Notes: a model not told the origin generated them from the letters alone. A stretch of DNA of 62,633 bases, filler included, from Stramenopiles sp. TOSAG23-6 (GCA_900128565.1; 16 parts of 16 records of this genome joined end to end with filler, not necessarily neighbours in it); one strand, 5' to 3'; shown: positions 11,550-25,679, numbered from the whole stretch's first letter. Numbers and translations are program-made.

Positions 11550-11955
11550 ATTAAATATCTAATTTATGTGACTATTGAATATAAAAAAGTGATCCTCGAA
11601 TTTAGAATTTCAAAAATTTCAAAAATTCAAATTTTTGAATCATTTCAAGAACACACTTTTAAGGTAGTCGGGTAAATCTGAGCAGATTTGTCCACGGGCG
11701 ATATTCCAAAACTNNNNNNNNNNNNNNNNNNNNNNNNNNNNNNNNNNNNNNNNNNNNTTAATTAATTAANNNNNNNNNNNNNNNNNNNNNNNNNNNNNNN
11801 NNNNNNNNNNNNNCAAACATGCTGCTTTTAGACGCTGGAGTTGACTCGCTCCACGGCTCGCTCGAAAAAAGCAAGTTCATAACAGAAATGACACTTTCAT
11901 CATTTAACAATTAAAGTTAAAACGTAAAGTACAAATAATTTGAACACTACAAACT

Positions 11956-14082
11956 ATGAATACAAAAGCCATTACATTATCTTTTATCAGTATGATAGTT
12001 GCTGGTAACAGCGCAGAAGATCAATGGTCATGTTGTGACCCTCGACGTCCAGCTAAAGAACGTTGCTGGGACGGGAAAGATTGGTGTGATATAAGTAACC
12101 ACGATTGTTTCCCTGATTGGAAAAAAACTGGAGTCAATTTCCCAAATGGGGAATGGAAAAACATGTATGTTGGAGGTTGCTCGGCGGCTCCATGTTTACT
12201 CAATTCCTCATGTTTTGAGTATGGACCAACAAATTTTGATTTCTTTAAGGGTCAATCAATCAAAACAATACCAAAAGATCTTTTTCATGGACCAGTACAC
12301 GAACATCAGAAGAGTAAGCCTATACATATTAATTTTGGATGGAATAACATATCAAATATCTCTCCAAACACATTTATAAGTGCTAGTCATATTAATGTTA
12401 CGGAGCTTCGTTTAGATAATAATTTAATCAAGGTCTTGGATAAATCAATGTTTACAGGTTTGGATAAGATTCGAACGGTCCTTCTTCAACATAACAAAAT
12501 TGATACTATACATACTGGAGCTTTTTCAACCATTGGAAAAGATGGTGGTTTATACCGAATTGATCTTGGATTCAACAAACTAAAAGAGATAAATTCATCA
12601 ATGCTATCAGGAATTTCACAAATACAGGATATTTATTTCAACGATAATTTAATTACAAACATTGGAAAAAAATCTTTTTCAAATTTTAAAACACCAAACT
12701 CATATGTGGTTTATAACAATCACCATTATCCAGCAGGTAATTATCATCCACCAACTGCGGCAAATTACTACCACAGTCATGATCACTACCATAATCATGA
12801 ACATGATTATTATAATCATAATCATTGTGCTGATAAAAACGCTAAAACCGTATACACACCAATGTTGAATGTTGCCTTGAATGGAAATAAATTGACACAT
12901 TTTAATGCTGATATGATCCAACTTCATGCAGATAACCAACAAAAGATCAATCTTGAACTAGACAATAATCCTCTTGAAGAAATAAATGCAAATACATGGT
13001 CAGGTTTGACTAAGAAATTGAGATCCTTACGATTGGGTGCTCACCCTAAAATTACAACATTGACACCAGAAACGTTTGTTGGACTTGAAGAACTTGATCA
13101 TTTGTCATTTGTTGAAAATGGAGGATTATACACTCACAATATGAATGTTGATAATCATGGATTGTATACAAATAACTGCATTGAAAGTGTGACTGATATT
13201 TTGCCTGGTACATTCAAAGCAATGAAGAAACTTCAAAGTCTGCTTCTTAGTGTTGATAAATTGACGACTATGCGAAAAGGAATGTTTCAAGGTTTAGAAC
13301 AGCTCNNNNNNNNNNNNNNNNNNNNNNNNNNNNNAAAATTAAGCCATTTAAATCGAATTGAAATCGGTGCGTTTGATGGTATAAAGTCTCACGTTGCATT
13401 GTCACTACCTACTGGTGCGAATAGTATGATTAGTACTTATCATTTTTCTTATGATCCGGCTTATCTTAATAATCCGGCTTATCTTAATAATTACCTAAAA
13501 ATTACATGTACACCTGGCTTTGAACCTGATCAAAATCAAAGACCAAGATCAACAAATGTATGCGAAGCTAGTACGAGACCTCTTGTCCTTGCCGTTGCTG
13601 AAGAAATACGAAATAATTTTCAGCAGCATCAACAAGGCAATCAACAACATCCCGTACATGGTAATAAACTAGACCAACAGTTGCAAGATATTACAAATCT
13701 TTTGCATACTAATATTGAAAAAAAACGCAAGGATTTTCATACAAATGAACGTAAATTTACTCTACAACTAGCAGCTGTTTGTGGTGGAGTATCTTTATTT
13801 ATATCACTTATAGTCGTGATAAGTTTTTGGGGAATGACACGATCAAAAAAAAGAGTGAAAATTACTAGGCATATTGTTAATAATGCAGGACATAATTTAG
13901 CTGCTATTGAACCTTGTCAAGGTCAGGCAGAATTAATTCAAAAAAGAGAAAACTCAAATGATATAGTGTTAGGGGTAGGTCAATTAAAAATGGGAGTAGT
14001 TAATTCATTAGGCATACAACAAAATCGTGCTGGTTTTATCGTAGGACCAATCGGAAAATCGGATGACTTTATACCCGTATAA
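11956..14082 (+). CDS. Type I membrane leucine-rich-repeat protein
   Basis: Signal peptide, many LxxLxLxxNxI repeats, His-rich insert, TM LAAVCGGVSLFISLIVVISFW. Confidence 0.85.
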   Translation: MNTKAITLSFISMIVAGNSAEDQWSCCDPRRPAKERCWDGKDWCDISNHDCFPDWKKTGVNFPNGEWKNMYVGGCSAAPCLLNSSCFEYGPTNFDFFKGQSIKTIPKDLFHGPVHEHQKSKPIHINFGWNNISNISPNTFISASHINVTELRLDNNLIKVLDKSMFTGLDKIRTVLLQHNKIDTIHTGAFSTIGKDGGLYRIDLGFNKLKEINSSMLSGISQIQDIYFNDNLITNIGKKSFSNFKTPNSYVVYNNHHYPAGNYHPPTAANYYHSHDHYHNHEHDYYNHNHCADKNAKTVYTPMLNVALNGNKLTHFNADMIQLHADNQQKINLELDNNPLEEINANTWSGLTKKLRSLRLGAHPKITTLTPETFVGLEELDHLSFVENGGLYTHNMNVDNHGLYTNNCIESVTDILPGTFKAMKKLQSLLLSVDKLTTMRKGMFQGLEQLXXXXXXXXXXKLSHLNRIEIGAFDGIKSHVALSLPTGANSMISTYHFSYDPAYLNNPAYLNNYLKITCTPGFEPDQNQRPRSTNVCEASTRPLVLAVAEEIRNNFQQHQQGNQQHPVHGNKLDQQLQDITNLLHTNIEKKRKDFHTNERKFTLQLAAVCGGVSLFISLIVVISFWGMTRSKKRVKITRHIVNNAGHNLAAIEPCQGQAELIQKRENSNDIVLGVGQLKMGVVNSLGIQQNRAGFIVGPIGKSDDFIPV

Positions 14083-14252
14083 GTATGAACAAAAACAAAT
14101 TATACAAAAGTATTGAACAAAAATATAAGTATACAAAAATATAAGTATACAAAAACAAGTAAATAAAAACTACAATAAAACACAACATATATTTTTTTAC
14201 AATATCAAATAATTTCTATATAGAATATATAAAGCCATTGCAAAGATCATTA

Positions 14253-15102
14253 TTAAGTTTCTAGACCACATAAAGCAGTATGCTCTGAAACATCCATTCC
14301 AGCTCTTATCTCTTTGTCGATTCGTAACTTTCGTCTATTTTCAAATACATCAAATCCCGAAATGTTCATTATTTTTGAACGATGTACACCAGGATTTCCA
14401 AATAAGTTAATTCTATTAACTACAGTCATTTTCAATACATCAGGAGGAATAGTTGAAATTCTGTTTGCTTGAACTGATAAATTTTCTAACTTGATANNNN
14501 NNNNNNNNNNNNNNNNNNNNNNNNNACTTGATACATTTTGCTAATGCTTGTGGAATGCACTCTAAAGAATTGTTATCAAAACTAATATGTGTAAGTTGTT
14601 GAAGCTTATGATCTTCTGCAATCACAACTTGTCGAAGTCCATTGTGTGACAAATCCAGGAATACCAGTTTTGCAAGACTTTCTATGCTAGTAGGCCAATT
14701 ACTAAGTTTATTACCCGACGCAGTCAAGCGCTGTAAACTAGTTGGTAACAACGGAAGTTCAGTTAATCTGTTATTATCGAGAGATAACTTTTGCAGTTTT
14801 GAAAGAGACCGCAAGTCACGTGGAAGTGCAGAATTCAAAACATTATCCACACGAGTTGTTTGTAGTAGATTTTTATTCAAATTAAGCGTTTTCAACAGTG
14901 TCAAATTCAGCAGTGAACGTGGTACGAAGGGAATTTGGTTACACGACAAATCAAGTGTCCGAAGTGTCTTGTTTTGAAGTACTCGTACGGGAATTTTTTT
15001 CAGTTTATTACCACTTAACGACAAAATTCCTGTTCTTGCTGATCTATCTAGCCGTTGTGCTCGCTTCTCTTTTTCTGAAGGCTTACTGCTTAAAGCACCC
15101 AT
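14253..15102 (-). CDS. LRR protein, LRRC57-like (N gap inside)
   Basis: MGALSSK myristoylation start, RTGILSL, LRRs; C-terminal frame NLFGNP..GFDVFENRRK. Confidence 0.75.
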
Positions 15103-15322
15103 TTTGATGAAAGGATTATTTTATTCTGAAGAAGAAAAACTCTCTCTCTCCATCATCCAAATTCGAAAAGGTCTTTCTTTGTAACGAAGAAGAAGACTGA
15201 TGACTTAGGGTTAGGGTTTATTATGGACTTCGAAAAATATAGCTAGTACCGGTAGTCGTCGTTCCGGGTTCTGGAACTTACTACCTTCATCTTCTTTGTA
15301 TCACGACCACGGATGGATAATA

Positions 15323-15649
15323 ATGAGCTATATTAATGGCTCACGAACCAACCTTGGATCTACTAGTTGCGATATTCACTATCATAATATATTGGGAGAA
15401 GGAGCATTTCGAACAGCGTATGCTGCAACTTATCTGGGAGGAACCCGCAACCAACAAGCAGCAGTTGCAAAATGCTTTGTGGAAAAATACCGTGTTGGAA
15501 ATCTGGAGAACGAGTACTATGCAGCGGACTCCAATATCGTACAAAAATGTATAGAGATTGCCGAATCCTGGAATAAGTTTTGTACGGCTAAAAGGGAGAT
15601 TCAATTTAATCATGGGGATATCCAAACCGAGTATGGTGTTAAATTCCTT
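15323..15649 (+). CDS. Alpha-kinase (eEF2K/MHCK family), partial
   Basis: LGEGAFRTAY...VAK...AESWN. Confidence 0.75.
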
Positions 15650-15854
15650 NNNNNNNNNNNNNNNNNNNNNNNNNNNNNNNNNNNNNNNNNNNNTTAATTA
15701 ATTAANNNNNNNNNNNNNNNNNNNNNNNNNNNNNNNNNNNNNNNNNNNNTTTTGAAAAAAATTTAAAAAAAAAAAACAAAAATTCGTTAGGGAAAAAATT
15801 TCTTACAAAAAAAAAATTCGAATTTAAAAAAAAAAAAAAAAAAAAAAAACATAC

Positions 15855-17401
15855 CTGCTCCATTTGTACTTGACAATTTTGATAAATGTCCCGCAGTTTC
15901 TTCTAAATTCAAAGCATCAATTCCATATTTTTGTAAAGTTGTCTGAAATCCTTGTTTTGCTTCTTCGATTTCAGATTTTGATAATATATCTGGAATGACT
16001 AAAACACCATCTCGTTTGAATGTATTAATTTGTTCAATTGTGAGAAATCGTAAATTTTTTTTTTTCGTTACATTAGGGTTAGGGTTTATTTTTTTTTTCA
16101 AATTGTTCGTTACATTAGGGTTAGGGTTTATTTTTTTTTTCAAATTCTTCGTTAAAATCTCGATTTTTTTATGAATATCAGGTAAAGGTATAGAAATATC
16201 ATCATTTGTTTGTGTAGTAGGGTTAGGGTTATATTCAATATTTTTAGTTTTTAAATTTTTAGTTTTTAAATTTTTAGTTTTTAAATTTTTAGTTTTTTCT
16301 TGAAGTTTTAAAAGTCGTTTTTGTCGTCTAAATTCTTTTAATGGTAATCTTGTAGTACCTAAAGAAGATTTCGTGTGTAGTTCCTTTGAACGACTAGGGT
16401 TAGGGTTATTTTTTTTTGAACTATAGTTTGTATTTTCATGTTTTAAAATGTCATTTAATACTCTCAATATTTCTGCATTTGGTTCATTCTTTCCATTATA
16501 TCTGGAATGAACAAATAATATCTCTGAAGAATTAGGGTTAGGGTTTTGAATATTTGTAAGAACGTTTCGGAATCGAATCAACGTAAATGCATTTTTATCT
16601 CTTCCAAACATTTGACATGTATTGTAAAAAAAATTAAATTCGAAATCGGTTAGGTACAAAATTTCGTACGAAAAAAAATAAATTTGAAATTCATAATGAA
16701 AACGTACTTCATAATGAAAACGTACGAGATTCTTCTAGAAAATTTGCATTTTTATATACTATATTGTACAAGAATATTTCAAATTTGAAATTGGTTTAGT
16801 AAACACATCAAAAAATAAAAAAATAATATCAAAAAATATATGATTTGTATAAAGTATGGAGAAAAAAATATATGAAAAAATGAGACATACACTCATGGGC
16901 AGGAATCATCATACCTAAAGAGTCCAAGACAATGTCATCATAATTGTTAGCACTACAAAAATTGATCACTATGCGTAACAAACGCTTTGCTATACCTTGT
17001 CGTCTATATGACCGTTTTACACACATATGTTTAAGCTCTGCTGTACTTTGGACTTGTTTTTCTTGAACTTGTCTATTTGCGTTTGGGGGGTTTTGTTTCA
17101 TTACCGCACAACAACCGATAATCACTTCACCATCCGACTCATTTACGACAGCAACCCAAAATGAATTACAAGATACATCAATAAATCGACGTATTACTGT
17201 AGAAGCAGATGCAAGGTCAAGTTTTAGCTGTCTTTTTACGAATTTTATTATTGAAGTGTTACCGTCACTAATGTCTAACATTGATTTTGCAAATAGTTCC
17301 CGTACGCCAACGATATCCTCAATAGCAAAAGGACGAAACGAAACGGGTACAGAATTATCGCATATACCATTCGCTGGACTATTTTCTTTTGAAACTATCA
17401 T
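15855..17401 (-). CDS. GNAT acetyltransferase joined to a PhyH-like dioxygenase N-terminus, partial; introns 16759-16890 (GT-AG) and 16617-16725 (GT-AT)
   Basis: AELKHMCV..YRRQGIAKRL, spliced AHELYKNANF; downstream FLTIEQINTFKRDGVLVIPDILS. Confidence 0.7.
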
Positions 17402-17701
17402 TGATACACCACTGGATGTAGTGATAGTTAATGTACTATTAGGTACAAAGGTACTGTACTACTCTTTCTAAATGTGTGTGGGTGTAGTTAGTGGTACACT
17501 AGTCTTGGCATTCTCATCAACTGACTTTCTTGAATATTTCGTAAAAACACAAACCTGTTTTTCACTTCTTTAATTTCGAAATTGAAATGAAGGATATGTT
17601 TTTAATTTATTTTGCTCAAGCTACTAGTAGAGTACTGGTACCTTTAGTATCCTTTCTTTTGCTTTCAAAACCCGCATAATCTCAAATCTTATCTAAACAA
17701 A

Positions 17702-19583
17702 ATGGGAAACACAAAAACACTTTTTAAAGTTATAGTAATTGCAGTACTTGCAATATCACCAACTATAGGGTTGAGAAGGACGGCAATGTCTTTGAATTTA
17801 GATGATGGCAGTGAAGTAACAGCACCAGAAGCAGTACGGGCAGTAATAACAGAAGCAGACGCAAAAGCTGCTGCTGATAAAGTAACCGCTGATAAAGCTG
17901 CTGCTGATAAAGCTGCTGCTGAAAACGCAGGCATCTTAGGAAGAATTAAAAAACTTGATACGAAGATTGACGATGATAGTGGTGCGTATGACAACTACAT
18001 TCGCAACGGGAGCCTTCTTGGTGATCTGCTTCATGATATAATGATGTCCTCAATAGATGAGAAGCAAAAGCCGGCGCTCCGTAAGGAGCTGAACCTGTTG
18101 CCAGGGGAACTTCTGAAGAAAAGACATGATTTTCTCAAAAATCAAAAAGAAATATTCCGTAAGAACTTTGAGGCGCTAATTAAAGCACTGAAGAACGAAT
18201 TGGAGAATAAGGCTACCAAAGACAGTGTTAGTTCATCATCTCCTAGTGGTGGTGGTGGAGATAGTGGAGATAGTGGTGGTGGAGATAGCGGTGGTGGAGA
18301 TAGTGGAGATAGTGGTGGTGGGGATAGTGGTGGTGGAGATAGTGGAGATAGTGATGGTGGAGATAGCGGTGGTGGAGATAGTGGTCCAGGAACAAGTGGT
18401 AATTCATCATCTAGTGATGGTTCAGGATCTNGTGGTAGTTCAGGACCAAGTGATGGTTCAGGATCTGGTGGTGGTTCAAGACCAAGTGATAATTCATCAT
18501 TTAGTGGTGGTCCAGAAACAAGGTTCAGCGAGGACAATCTGAAGGAGCCTGGAGTGGTTACTGAGCAAGAGACGACAAAGGAGAGCCTTATAAGTGAACT
18601 AGCTATGCCATTTACAAACGAGACAGACGAGGAGCTAAAGCATATCTTGGTGAAAGTGATGTCTGATGAAATAACGTATGTTTCTTTTGCAGAATCGTTG
18701 GACAACTGGGGGAAAACACATACTCACACAAATCCTGAGCAGGCGAAGTTGCTTTTGAAGCAATTACATAGCTTTATTACTGACCTGACTGATCTGAATA
18801 AGTCAAGTGGTGTCAATAGTGAGGAGAAAAAGGACCTCGAGAGTCGCGCGGTTACACTGAAGAACAATGTGGAAAAGCATCTTTCTGAAATAAAAAGTGC
18901 GAATGCCGCTAAAGAAGCTCAAAATGGGACAATCAAAACAGATCCTGTAAAACCGTCACCTAAAGAGTGTGAAACATTTTTAAACATTATACAACAGAGT
19001 GTTGATGAAACTGGTGCAAAGCATTTCGAGGGAAATCCCAATCTTATTCACTGTGGTGAAGACGGGAAACCTGAAAAAAATCCACTTGTAGTTGCTGCTA
19101 GAAATGGACGTACAAGTGTAGTTAAACTGCTTCTTAATTTTGGAAAGCTTCTTGATCATGCAAACGGTAGCATTGTTTTTACGGATCAGATCGAAAAAGA
19201 AGCACTTCAAGCTGCAAATGACGCACTTCAAGCTGCAGAGGATGCAGAACATAGAAGTGTAGCTCAAGAACTGGAAAACTCATTATCACCAATGGAATGT
19301 CAAATATTCATGATAATTATAGAAAAAATCACTTGCTATGGCTTTAGGGACATTCTTAAAAAACACCCCCTTCTTAAAGATTGTCTTGATGAAAACCATA
19401 ATTCAATAATAGCAAAAGCAGAAGCAAAGGTAGAAGCGGAAGCAAAAGCAAAGGCAGAAGCGGAAGCAAAAGCAAAGGCGGAAGCGGAAGCAAAAGCAAA
19501 GGCAGAAGCGGAAGCAAAAGCAAAGGCAGAAGCCGAAGCGGAAGCAAATGCAAAAGCAAAGGCAGCAGTACGCATTCAAGCTA
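17702..19583 (+). CDS. Secreted low-complexity protein with GGDS repeats, an ankyrin-like repeat and AEAKAK repeats, partial
   Basis: Signal peptide; [19 protein letters not shown]; tandem DNA repeats at 18245-18385 and 19410-19565. Confidence 0.7.
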
Positions 19584-20619
19584 NNNNNNNNNNNNNNNNN
19601 NNNNNNNNNNNNNNNNNNNNNNNNNNNTTAATTAATTAANNNNNNNNNNNNNNNNNNNNNNNNNNNNNNNNNNNNNNNNNNNNGTTTCAAATCAGTCTTT
19701 ACTTTTGCTACCTCTGATATGCCTGCATCAGCATTGCTTGTAGATATTATAGAGGACATTTTGTATCCAGGGTATTCAAGTAGCTGTACACAGTATTTGT
19801 AACTTTGATATTTTCACTGTCTGAAGGTAACTTATAGGCAAGGTTAATCTTGAAGTTTACCTGTCTAAAATTTTTTTGACTGCACTGAAACAGTGAACCG
19901 GGTATCGAGAATTCGCTCGTGTCGGATGTTCGAACTTTCGCTTTCGACATCGAATCCCAAATTATTGACCTTAATCATCGGAACATTGTCATATTATAAA
20001 ATTCTCAATCTAATCAAAATCAGTAGTATCACGGACTGCAAAAGTTTGATATCAGGGTCACAGCCTNNNNNNNNNNNNNNNNNNNNNNNNNNNNNNNNNN
20101 NNNNNNNNNNNNNNNNNNNNNNNNNNNNNNNNNNNNNNNNNNNNNNNNNNNNNNNNNNNNNNNNNNNNNNNNNNNNNNNNNNNNNNNNNNNNNNNNNNNN
20201 NNNNNNNNNNNNNNNNNNNNNNNNNNNNNNNNNNNNNNNNNNNNNNNNNNNNNNNNNNNTTACTTACAATGTTTGAGAAATAAAAACTAAATGAACATTT
20301 AAATGAACATTTAAATGAACATTTTCAATTTTTTCAAACCTGTCTAGGTTAGGCTATAATATGCTGCTGTTGATTTTTCTTTAGACTGCACATCTCAAAT
20401 TCTCAATGACAATCTAAATCTGAAATCTAAATCATCTCGAAATAATTTTCCAAAAAAAAAAAATGCACAGACCTGTCGGGTCTAACTAAAGAACTGAAAA
20501 AAACGTAACGTTTAGTGATGTTTCGCATTGTATAATATATAGTATATGATTCTTGCAAATCCATAGTGAGAACTCATTCAGTCTCTTTCAGATATTTTGA
20601 AAGTTCTATCATACGCACA

Positions 20620-20988
20620 ATGTCTACTCCAAAGGAAGAGGCAAAAGCTTATTTAGTAAAGCATAATTTGTTGAGTTTATTTGATGAGCTTGGAACATCA
20701 CTTGTGCATGCGAAACCTAAAGATGCCACAAAGTTTCTTGTCGAACAACTAAAACTTCGTAAACAGAAACAAAATAAACCGTTTTTTTCTGAGACAGATT
20801 TTCGAGCAATGTTTAATATGTTTGATAGAACTTGCACAGGTAAAATCACTGGGGATCAATTTGAAAAAGCGTTGTTGGCACTTGGTAAACGAAGTGAATC
20901 TGAATTGAATAACTACACGGAAGATATGGATTTGGAAACTTTTGTAAACTCTATGCAAACTGCGCAGAAAGCAGCAAGTAATAAGTAA
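20620..20988 (+). CDS. EFCAB10-like protein (dimerization/docking domain + EF hand)
   Basis: AYLVKHNLLSLFDELGTSLVHAKP; DFRAMFNMFDRTCTGKIT. Confidence 0.75.
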   Translation: MSTPKEEAKAYLVKHNLLSLFDELGTSLVHAKPKDATKFLVEQLKLRKQKQNKPFFSETDFRAMFNMFDRTCTGKITGDQFEKALLALGKRSESELNNYTEDMDLETFVNSMQTAQKAASNK

Positions 20989-21129
20989 AATTTTAGAAGT
21001 ATTATCATAAATGAATCATTACTAATGGAATCAATATATTATTACTATTATTTTATTAAACTTGGGTAAAAAAAATGAACTCAGTAGAAAAGAACTCATT
21101 TCTTAAGAAAAGATGCATGTTTCATCAAG

Positions 21130-23279
21130 TTAATAGCCCCCGTATCTGACATTTTTTTCATGAGTGTATGTCTCTTTATAACTTTTAGAATAGTANNNNN
21201 NNNNNNNNNNNNNNNNNNNNNNNNNNNNNNNNNNNNTCAAAATAATACAAGCCATCAACTGTACATACAAAGAAGCGAAGTTTCCAATTTTTTTTGCCAA
21301 ATGTGCTTGTACCCCCACCACGTTTAGACAATTTTCCCCACTGAAGAACTTCTTTTCCTTTTTTTCTCCAAACACGAAAGAGCAGGTTTTGATGCTGTAC
21401 AAACTGCAGCAGCTTCAGCCGTAGCCTGTTCTGCATTAGAAACAACAGCGCATTCCAATAAACGTTTTGATACTATACCATCTCCCCTCTTTGAAGTTGG
21501 TCTCGGAGCTGTCACAAGTTTACTCGGTGATGGTGTTACAACGACTTGTTTTATATCAGATACAGTACTCACACTATTACCAGCATCAGTCTTCTGTGCA
21601 GTTTTACGAAAAGAAACACGCATTGGAAGGGGAGGAGGTGGTGATACTGCATCAATATCCAGGGATTGTCTATCATTGGCATACCGGTTATCTAGAACTT
21701 TACTTAAATCATTCACCCAGTCATTATGTATTGTTTCATTCCCAGCAGCTAGGTACATTTTTCGCCCATCAGTAGTTATACAAAATGCGAAATTTCTATT
21801 AATTTCTTTAGGGGTAGCATCAATTTTTTCTACGACATCATTCCATAAAATACCTCCTTTTGGAACAACGCTTTTTTCATTGGAAAAGTAATAAACCCCT
21901 TCACCAGTCACAACAAAAAAACGCGTTCTCCAATTTTGTTTACCAAAGGTACTCGTCCCACCACCTCTTTTTTTTAAAAATCCTGACTTAATTACAACTG
22001 TATTATTCTGAATAAATAAATCTAAAGCCGGGCAAATTCCGGAAGGATTTGAAGTTACATGAGTTTCTCCTGTTTCGGCAACCACCGATTTCTGTGAATT
22101 ATTTTGCGACAGAGAAGCATCTTCTTGTACGCGTGCATCAGAAAGTGCAGCTGTCATACTTGCAAATGATTTAGTGAGTTTAGATCCCGTGTACCATTGA
22201 TCATCTTCCGATAAAACTAAAATACGATCATTTTCATTAAAAGACAGTTCATTATCATCCCGACCTTCAAAATTATATAATGCAATTGCAATTCTATACT
22301 GCTTTTCAGGCTGATTTGATGTTCCAACTGAATCATCACATTTTGATTCAATGGTTTCAATGGTTTCGACTGCCCCAAATGATTCATTGTCATTTTCTTT
22401 ATTATCTTTTATGCTTGTTGAAGCAGCAATAGAAATATTCGACATATTAGATGTAGTCGGTGATAATGGTGGTGGTGGTGGTGGGCTGTCACTAGGTTCA
22501 GGAGAAGGAGAACCTGGCGGTGGAGGGACATCATTCATCCAATTATTTGTATTGCTCACCTTCACTTCAGCTGGACATTTTTCCTCCGACTTTGTCATTT
22601 CTTCATCTTTCGTTGACGAATTTCTATGTATTGCACGATGACCAATTGTCAAACCACGAGATCTTCTCTTTGCCGCAACTGCCATGAATTCATTTGCCAT
22701 TGATTTTGCTGTTTGCTTAGCCAGAGAATTAGGAGAAATTTTAACACTTGACGTTGAATCCTCCATTGGAACAGAAGTCGTCGAAGAAACGAGACTACGA
22801 TTTGAGTCTGCATCGCTATCTTTCCGATCTTCAACTAAAGATTTTACTGAAATAGATGGTGATACATCAAGATCATCCGGCTTAGTTGGGGATTCAGTTT
22901 TATCATGGTCATTTTCCGATTTATTCACGAAAAGTCCCTTGGCATATTTTTGAAATGCTGTGATAGTTTCACGAAGAGCCTTGACCCAAGACATCTCGTC
23001 ATCAGAGTCAGCAGCACAGAGAAGTAGATTTCTCTCCTTTGATCTTACAGCAAAACAATGCTTTCTACCCACACCTAACTGATTCTCGGCCAAAGAAGCA
23101 TCACCACCAACTAATTCAGAAAAATCTACCTCCCCCAACAAATTTGTCTTGGACGAACCTTTAAAGTACCGCAGAACTCCTGGTTTCAAAACAAAATATC
23201 GCTTCTTCCAATTCTTTCGCCCAAGAAATGAAGAACCTCCACCTTGCTTGTGCAACCAACCCTCCTTTACACACATCAT
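21130..23279 (-). CDS. PH-SH3-PH-PH protein (apparent frameshift near 21360)
   Basis: Three KxGGG..GxKNW.xR.F PH starts; ALYNFEGRDDNELSF SH3 motif. Confidence 0.85.
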
Positions 23280-23613
23280 CGTGAAAATGAATACTATAAA
23301 CACTCACAACTTGATCATCCACACTACTAGTACTAGTATACTACTACTAGAGTATTCTGGCCATGCTTATTTGAGTGGCCAAAAAAATCCATTTCCAATT
23401 TCCGATTTCGTGTAAACTTCTCTAGTAGTTACGTTCTAATTCATAAATGTCGAGCTCATCATCACTTTTTTTTGTGTATTGAACGGAATAGAATCCTTTT
23501 AAATGACTAAAAANNNNNNNNNNNNNNNNNNNNNNNNNNNNNNNNNNNNNNNNNNNNTTAATTAATTAANNNNNNNNNNNNNNNNNNNNNNNNNNNNNNN
23601 NNNNNNNNNNNNN

Positions 23614-25185
23614 TTATTATTCGAGCTATTTGATTCATCTGATTCAATGATGGGATTATTTTGTGCATTTATATTTTTATGATGCTCAATTACTATCTTA
23701 TTATTCGAGCTATTTGATTCATCTGATTCAATGATGGGATTATTTTGTGCATTTATATTTTTATGATGCTCAATTACTATCTTATTGTTCGTACAATCTG
23801 ATTCAATGATAGGATCATTTTGTAAATCTACATTTTGATGATGCTCAATTACTATATTATTATTCGTGCTATTTGATTCATCTAATTTAATGATAGGATC
23901 ATTTTGTACACTTGAGCTATCATTTATATTTTTATCGTGCTCAACTAATGTATTTGTACTATTTGATAATTTCACGATAGGATCATTTTGTACACTTGAG
24001 CTATCATTATTACTTTTGTGTAAAATACGCGACACGCTAACTGAGTCTTTGCATGTATTTTCTATTACAGTGTCTATAATTATACCCTCTTTCTTCATCT
24101 CTATATTTTTATTTTGCTTTTTATTATCGCTTTTATTTTTATTTTTCTCAGATTTACAAGAAATATTTCGTATTTTTTTGCGTTCTGATCTTTCTTTCTC
24201 TCTTAATAATCGTTTCTCTCTACGAATGCGCAGTTCATCAACACGTGATTTTGTTTCCGTTGTAACATCTATATTACTACTTTCACGCTTTAACCACAAC
24301 GGNTGTTTTTTTTCTAGTATTGCTTAAAGATTTACGTTTTTGTCCATCATTTGAAGATTTTTTGTTTTTTGTCCAAGAGATGCGATTACGAAAACCTCCT
24401 GATACCTTGAATCCTCTGATGACTCGTGGTGGACATGGTGGTTTTGGTGCATGTACTTGTTGTTGATTTATATTCTTGGATATTGCTGCTTTATTTGCAT
24501 CGTTTGTTCTTGGTTGCTGTCTGAGTAAGCGTCTTTCGCGTATAGAACGTCTAAATGAAGAATCAGCTCCAGCTCTGTGTGAAGGACTACCAGCAAGCAC
24601 TTTTGCCAGATGAGCATCTGTTTTCTTAACCTTAGCTCTGTGGGAAGGGCTCCCACTCAGTATTTCTGCAAAACTTATATCTGATTTAGTGGTAATCGTA
24701 CCGTCGAAAATAGCAGCTCTGTGTCTCCGAACTTTACGTCGTCTTCTATTTATTTCTTCAATTACAGCAATATTTTGACGCCTTGTATATTTTTGTAACG
24801 CACTCATTGAAGTTTTATTGTCATTTTGTAGTGATATGTCCATTGCTTTTAGCTCTGACGTAGCTCTCAAAAGAAGATCATCACTCATCATGGGAACTTG
24901 GTGCATTGGTACGAGAGGAAAACTACTGGTGTCAATCTCAAAGTCCTTACCACTGGTAATTTCTTTTTTATTTGACCCTTGTGCATCTCTCCTATTCTCT
25001 TGCCTAGCAGTGATATCACTATAATTTGTAATCGGTATCTCATTCAATTGCATTTCGCTTTTGATGATTGGTCCAGTTACCGATTTTTCATTTGTAGAGG
25101 TCGAAACATATAAATCAAATCGTTTTCCTTTTTCATTTTCTATAGAGCTTTGGGTATTATCATTTTCTGTCGTCCATGGTCGCAT
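23614..25185 (-). CDS. Unknown low-complexity protein with 66-bp internal repeats, partial
   Basis: Two ORFs join at the single N at 24303; repeats of IVIEHHKNINAQNNPIIES. Confidence 0.55.
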
Positions 25186-25679
25186 GATGTGCACTCAAAG
25201 GGATAATATATGTATACCAAGGCGAATAGACTCAAAATAATAAGATGTGTCTATAAAGGCTCATTGTACGATAAATAAATCTAGCAAATTCTCCTTAAAA
25301 CTCTGTTATTTATCACAATACTCTGCTATAGACTAATAAAATGTCGCTTGTCAGGACAACCGACAACCGACAACGGATGTTCAAAAACAGTTACAAAAAA
25401 AAAATGAAATTAAAATTTTCGTCGTTCATGTGAAAGCTTGAACAGATAAATTAAAAAATTTTAATGAACTCTCATATATCATATTTATAGGCTATTTATA
25501 GTAAGCAAAATAAAATTCCATCAAATCTTGTAAAAATAAAGAAATCGAGGATTTAGACCATCTGATCTTATTCTAGGATATTATATACTAAAAAAATATT
25601 TTTCGAGAAAATTAATGTACGTTTTCATTAATAATTTAAAATTGTTTTTTTTTCGTACGAAATTTTGTACCTAACAAAT

